Positions 39,707 to 41,003 of a stretch of 41,003 bases of DNA are shown here, in pieces. Within the stretch, counting starts at the first letter, position 1. Each line of letters begins with the position of its first letter. The translations under genes were made by a program, and so were the position numbers. The notes beneath the pieces were generated by a model. The model worked only from the letters and a program-made list of their open reading frames with translations. It did not search any database and was not told where the DNA came from. Source of the DNA: Alphaproteobacteria bacterium (GTDB lineage Bacteria > Pseudomonadota > Alphaproteobacteria > SMXQ01); assembly GCA_027292975.1 (NCBI GenBank), contig JAPUGG010000274.1:1-41003 (forward strand). Direction: 5' to 3'.

Positions 39707-39990
39707 CCGCTCACCTAAAAAACGAATAACACTGCCGCGCTTAAGTCCTGCAAATTAAAGCCTCAAAGGCTTCCCGCAGAAGGGATTCGCATAAGAGCGA
39801 ATATGGAAACTGATGCATGGGCACTATACACTGCGACGGGTGCCGGCTTTCAGGTAGAAGTAGGTTCAAATCGGGGGCAGGATTTGTTCAAGACCCTACC
39901 ATGCTCAGGTTGAGGAAAGCTGTCTGAAATTGGTTGCGGGGGCCCGCAACTGCCTTGATTTGCTCTTGTCTGTAAGCAGTGTAAAATTCG

Positions 39991-40045
39991 GAGCAGCTGC
40001 CTCTTAATCAGCGGGTCCGGGGTTCGAATCCCCGATCGCCCCCCA
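39991..40045 (+). pseudogene. 3' fragment of tRNA-Lys(CTT) (att-site remnant)
   Basis: GAGCAGCTGcCTCTTAATCAGCGGGTCCGGGGTTCGAATCCCCGATCGCCCcCCA: anticodon loop CTCTTAA, intact T arm and CCA. No 5' acceptor strand or D arm upstream. Confidence 0.8.
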
Positions 40046-40135
40046 ATTAAAACAAAGGCTTAGAGGTTTTTCCTCTAGGCCCTTGTTCATTATGGGTAAC
40101 AATTTGGGTAACTCAAGCGCCCGTTCATTGGGCGC

Positions 40136-40160
40136 AAAAAAAGCCGCCGCGAAGGGCGGC
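40136..40160 (-). terminator. rho-independent terminator candidate (minus strand)
   Basis: A7 followed by GCCGCC-gcgaag-GGCGGC, i.e. hairpin plus U7 on minus. A second hairpin GCGCCC..GGGCGC abuts it at 40117-40135. Confidence 0.55.
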
Positions 40161-40441
40161 GCTGGTGTGGTAGGAAGGTCAGGAGAGGCCGGGGGAGGGC
40201 GTCAGTTGATGAACAATGTTTCAGGGTAGGCGTTTTTTCTGGGTAAAAATAAATGAGTAGGTAGGAGAACAGCCGGTCTTCGTTATCGCCTTGGAGTGCA
40301 TCACTGAATGGGGGCTTTGTGGGTACGCCCTTCCTTGTGCGGGTCTGATGGCATCACATGATGGTCAAATGTTGTGAAATTTATAGCCGCATTTAGCTGG
40401 CGGATCACTTCTACTTGGCATCAAAATCTGTCACCCAAAAA

Positions 40442-41003
40442 TTAAGAGTATTGCAGCGGATTAGTGGAAGCCGCTTGCAAAGAGTTAGTAATTAAATGAA
40501 GGACCGAAATCAGCCCCCAAAGCCCCCATGGACCTGTTGCTTTAATTCCTGCGTATTGGTTTGAAGAGACGAAAACACCGCTATCGATAACTAAGACACC
40601 GGCAATATCAGGATTTTTTCCGAGGTTCTGCTCCGCCGTCGAAACTTTTGTCCAACCGGTATAACCAGCAACAAACAGTGGAATTTTATCTGTAACTGCC
40701 AACCCCCCCATCTTCATGGAACTGCCAATTTTTTTGCGCAGGGGCGCGAGTTGATTTGCCGTCGCAATTGCTTGCCCCCACTGAGAAGCGATGTTCGATT
40801 TCACCTCAATTACGGCCGCAATACTTTCTGCAAGATATAGGCGTGTGTTTGCGTTCCGCCCAACCCCGGGCAAAGATGGAGAAATTGGATATTCCACAAC
40901 AACATCAAGTTGGCCACTTCTATGGCCCGAAATATCCGTAGCGTCACCAGTTCCGAACCGATAGATCGGCGGCAACACATTTGACAAAAAATCTTCAATA
41001 AAT
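40442..41003 (-). CDS. DUF6602-like PD-(D/E)XK nuclease-fold protein, 5' truncated by window
   Basis: Frame open to the window edge (FIEDFLSNVLP.YRFGTG...D..G..SGQLDVVV...ESIAAVIEVKS), matching the DUF6602 pattern Q.D...EVKS. Low-GC codon usage. Confidence 0.7.
   Translation of the reverse strand, partial: FIEDFLSNVLPPIYRFGTGDATDISGHRSGQLDVVVEYPISPSLPGVGRNANTRLYLAESIAAVIEVKSNIASQWGQAIATANQLAPLRKKIGSSMKMGGLAVTDKIPLFVAGYTGWTKVSTAEQNLGKNPDIAGVLVIDSGVFVSSNQYAGIKATGPWGLWGLISVLHLITNSLQAASTNPLQYS

Larger units (their letters stand above)
39609..41003. mobile_element. edge of a tRNA-anchored genomic island / integration hotspot
   Basis: Abrupt shift to AT-richer sequence right after CCA, IHF-like sites, tandem arm-type repeats, foreign tRNA 3' fragments and a low-GC cargo gene. 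No integrase in the window. Confidence 0.7.

Overview
High-GC alphaproteobacterial (Rhodospirillales-like by gene order and content) chromosomal window, mostly core genome. On +: aroA(partial)-cmk-rpsA-sppA-ihfB-lapA-[pyrF remnant]-trpF-trpB-trpA-accD-folC. On -: pckA and a three-gene Ni/Co-uptake cassette (UreH/NiCoT-like permease, cbtB, cbtA). On +: chvI-chvG-hprK-rapZ-EIIA(Man)-HPr-ahcY-divL-tsaE-amgK-murU-addB-addA-trxA. Then an MFS gene with an early amber stop, polA and a zf-CHCC protein (-), a lipoprotein alpha/beta hydrolase (+), a PrpF-family isomerase (-) and tRNA-Arg(CCG). After the tRNA the sequence becomes visibly AT-richer. It carries att-like scars (IHF-like and arm-type repeats, tRNA-fMet and tRNA-Lys 3' fragments) and a DUF6602-like nuclease-fold gene that runs off the window, so this is the edge of a genomic island. 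Features missing from the ORF track: a 50-codon internally deleted pyrF, a family of CTAG-bounded inverted-repeat (MITE/CIR-like) elements with one end matching inside the pyrF remnant, a SahR-type operator at ahcY, a 10-codon mini-ORF bridging cbtB and cbtA, and no room for a B12 riboswitch ahead of cbtBA. I cannot show a clearly new system. The best candidates are the riboswitch-less Ni/Co cassette, the repeat family and the stacked tRNA integration hotspot. All family assignments are by eye from motifs and synteny; no database searches were run.
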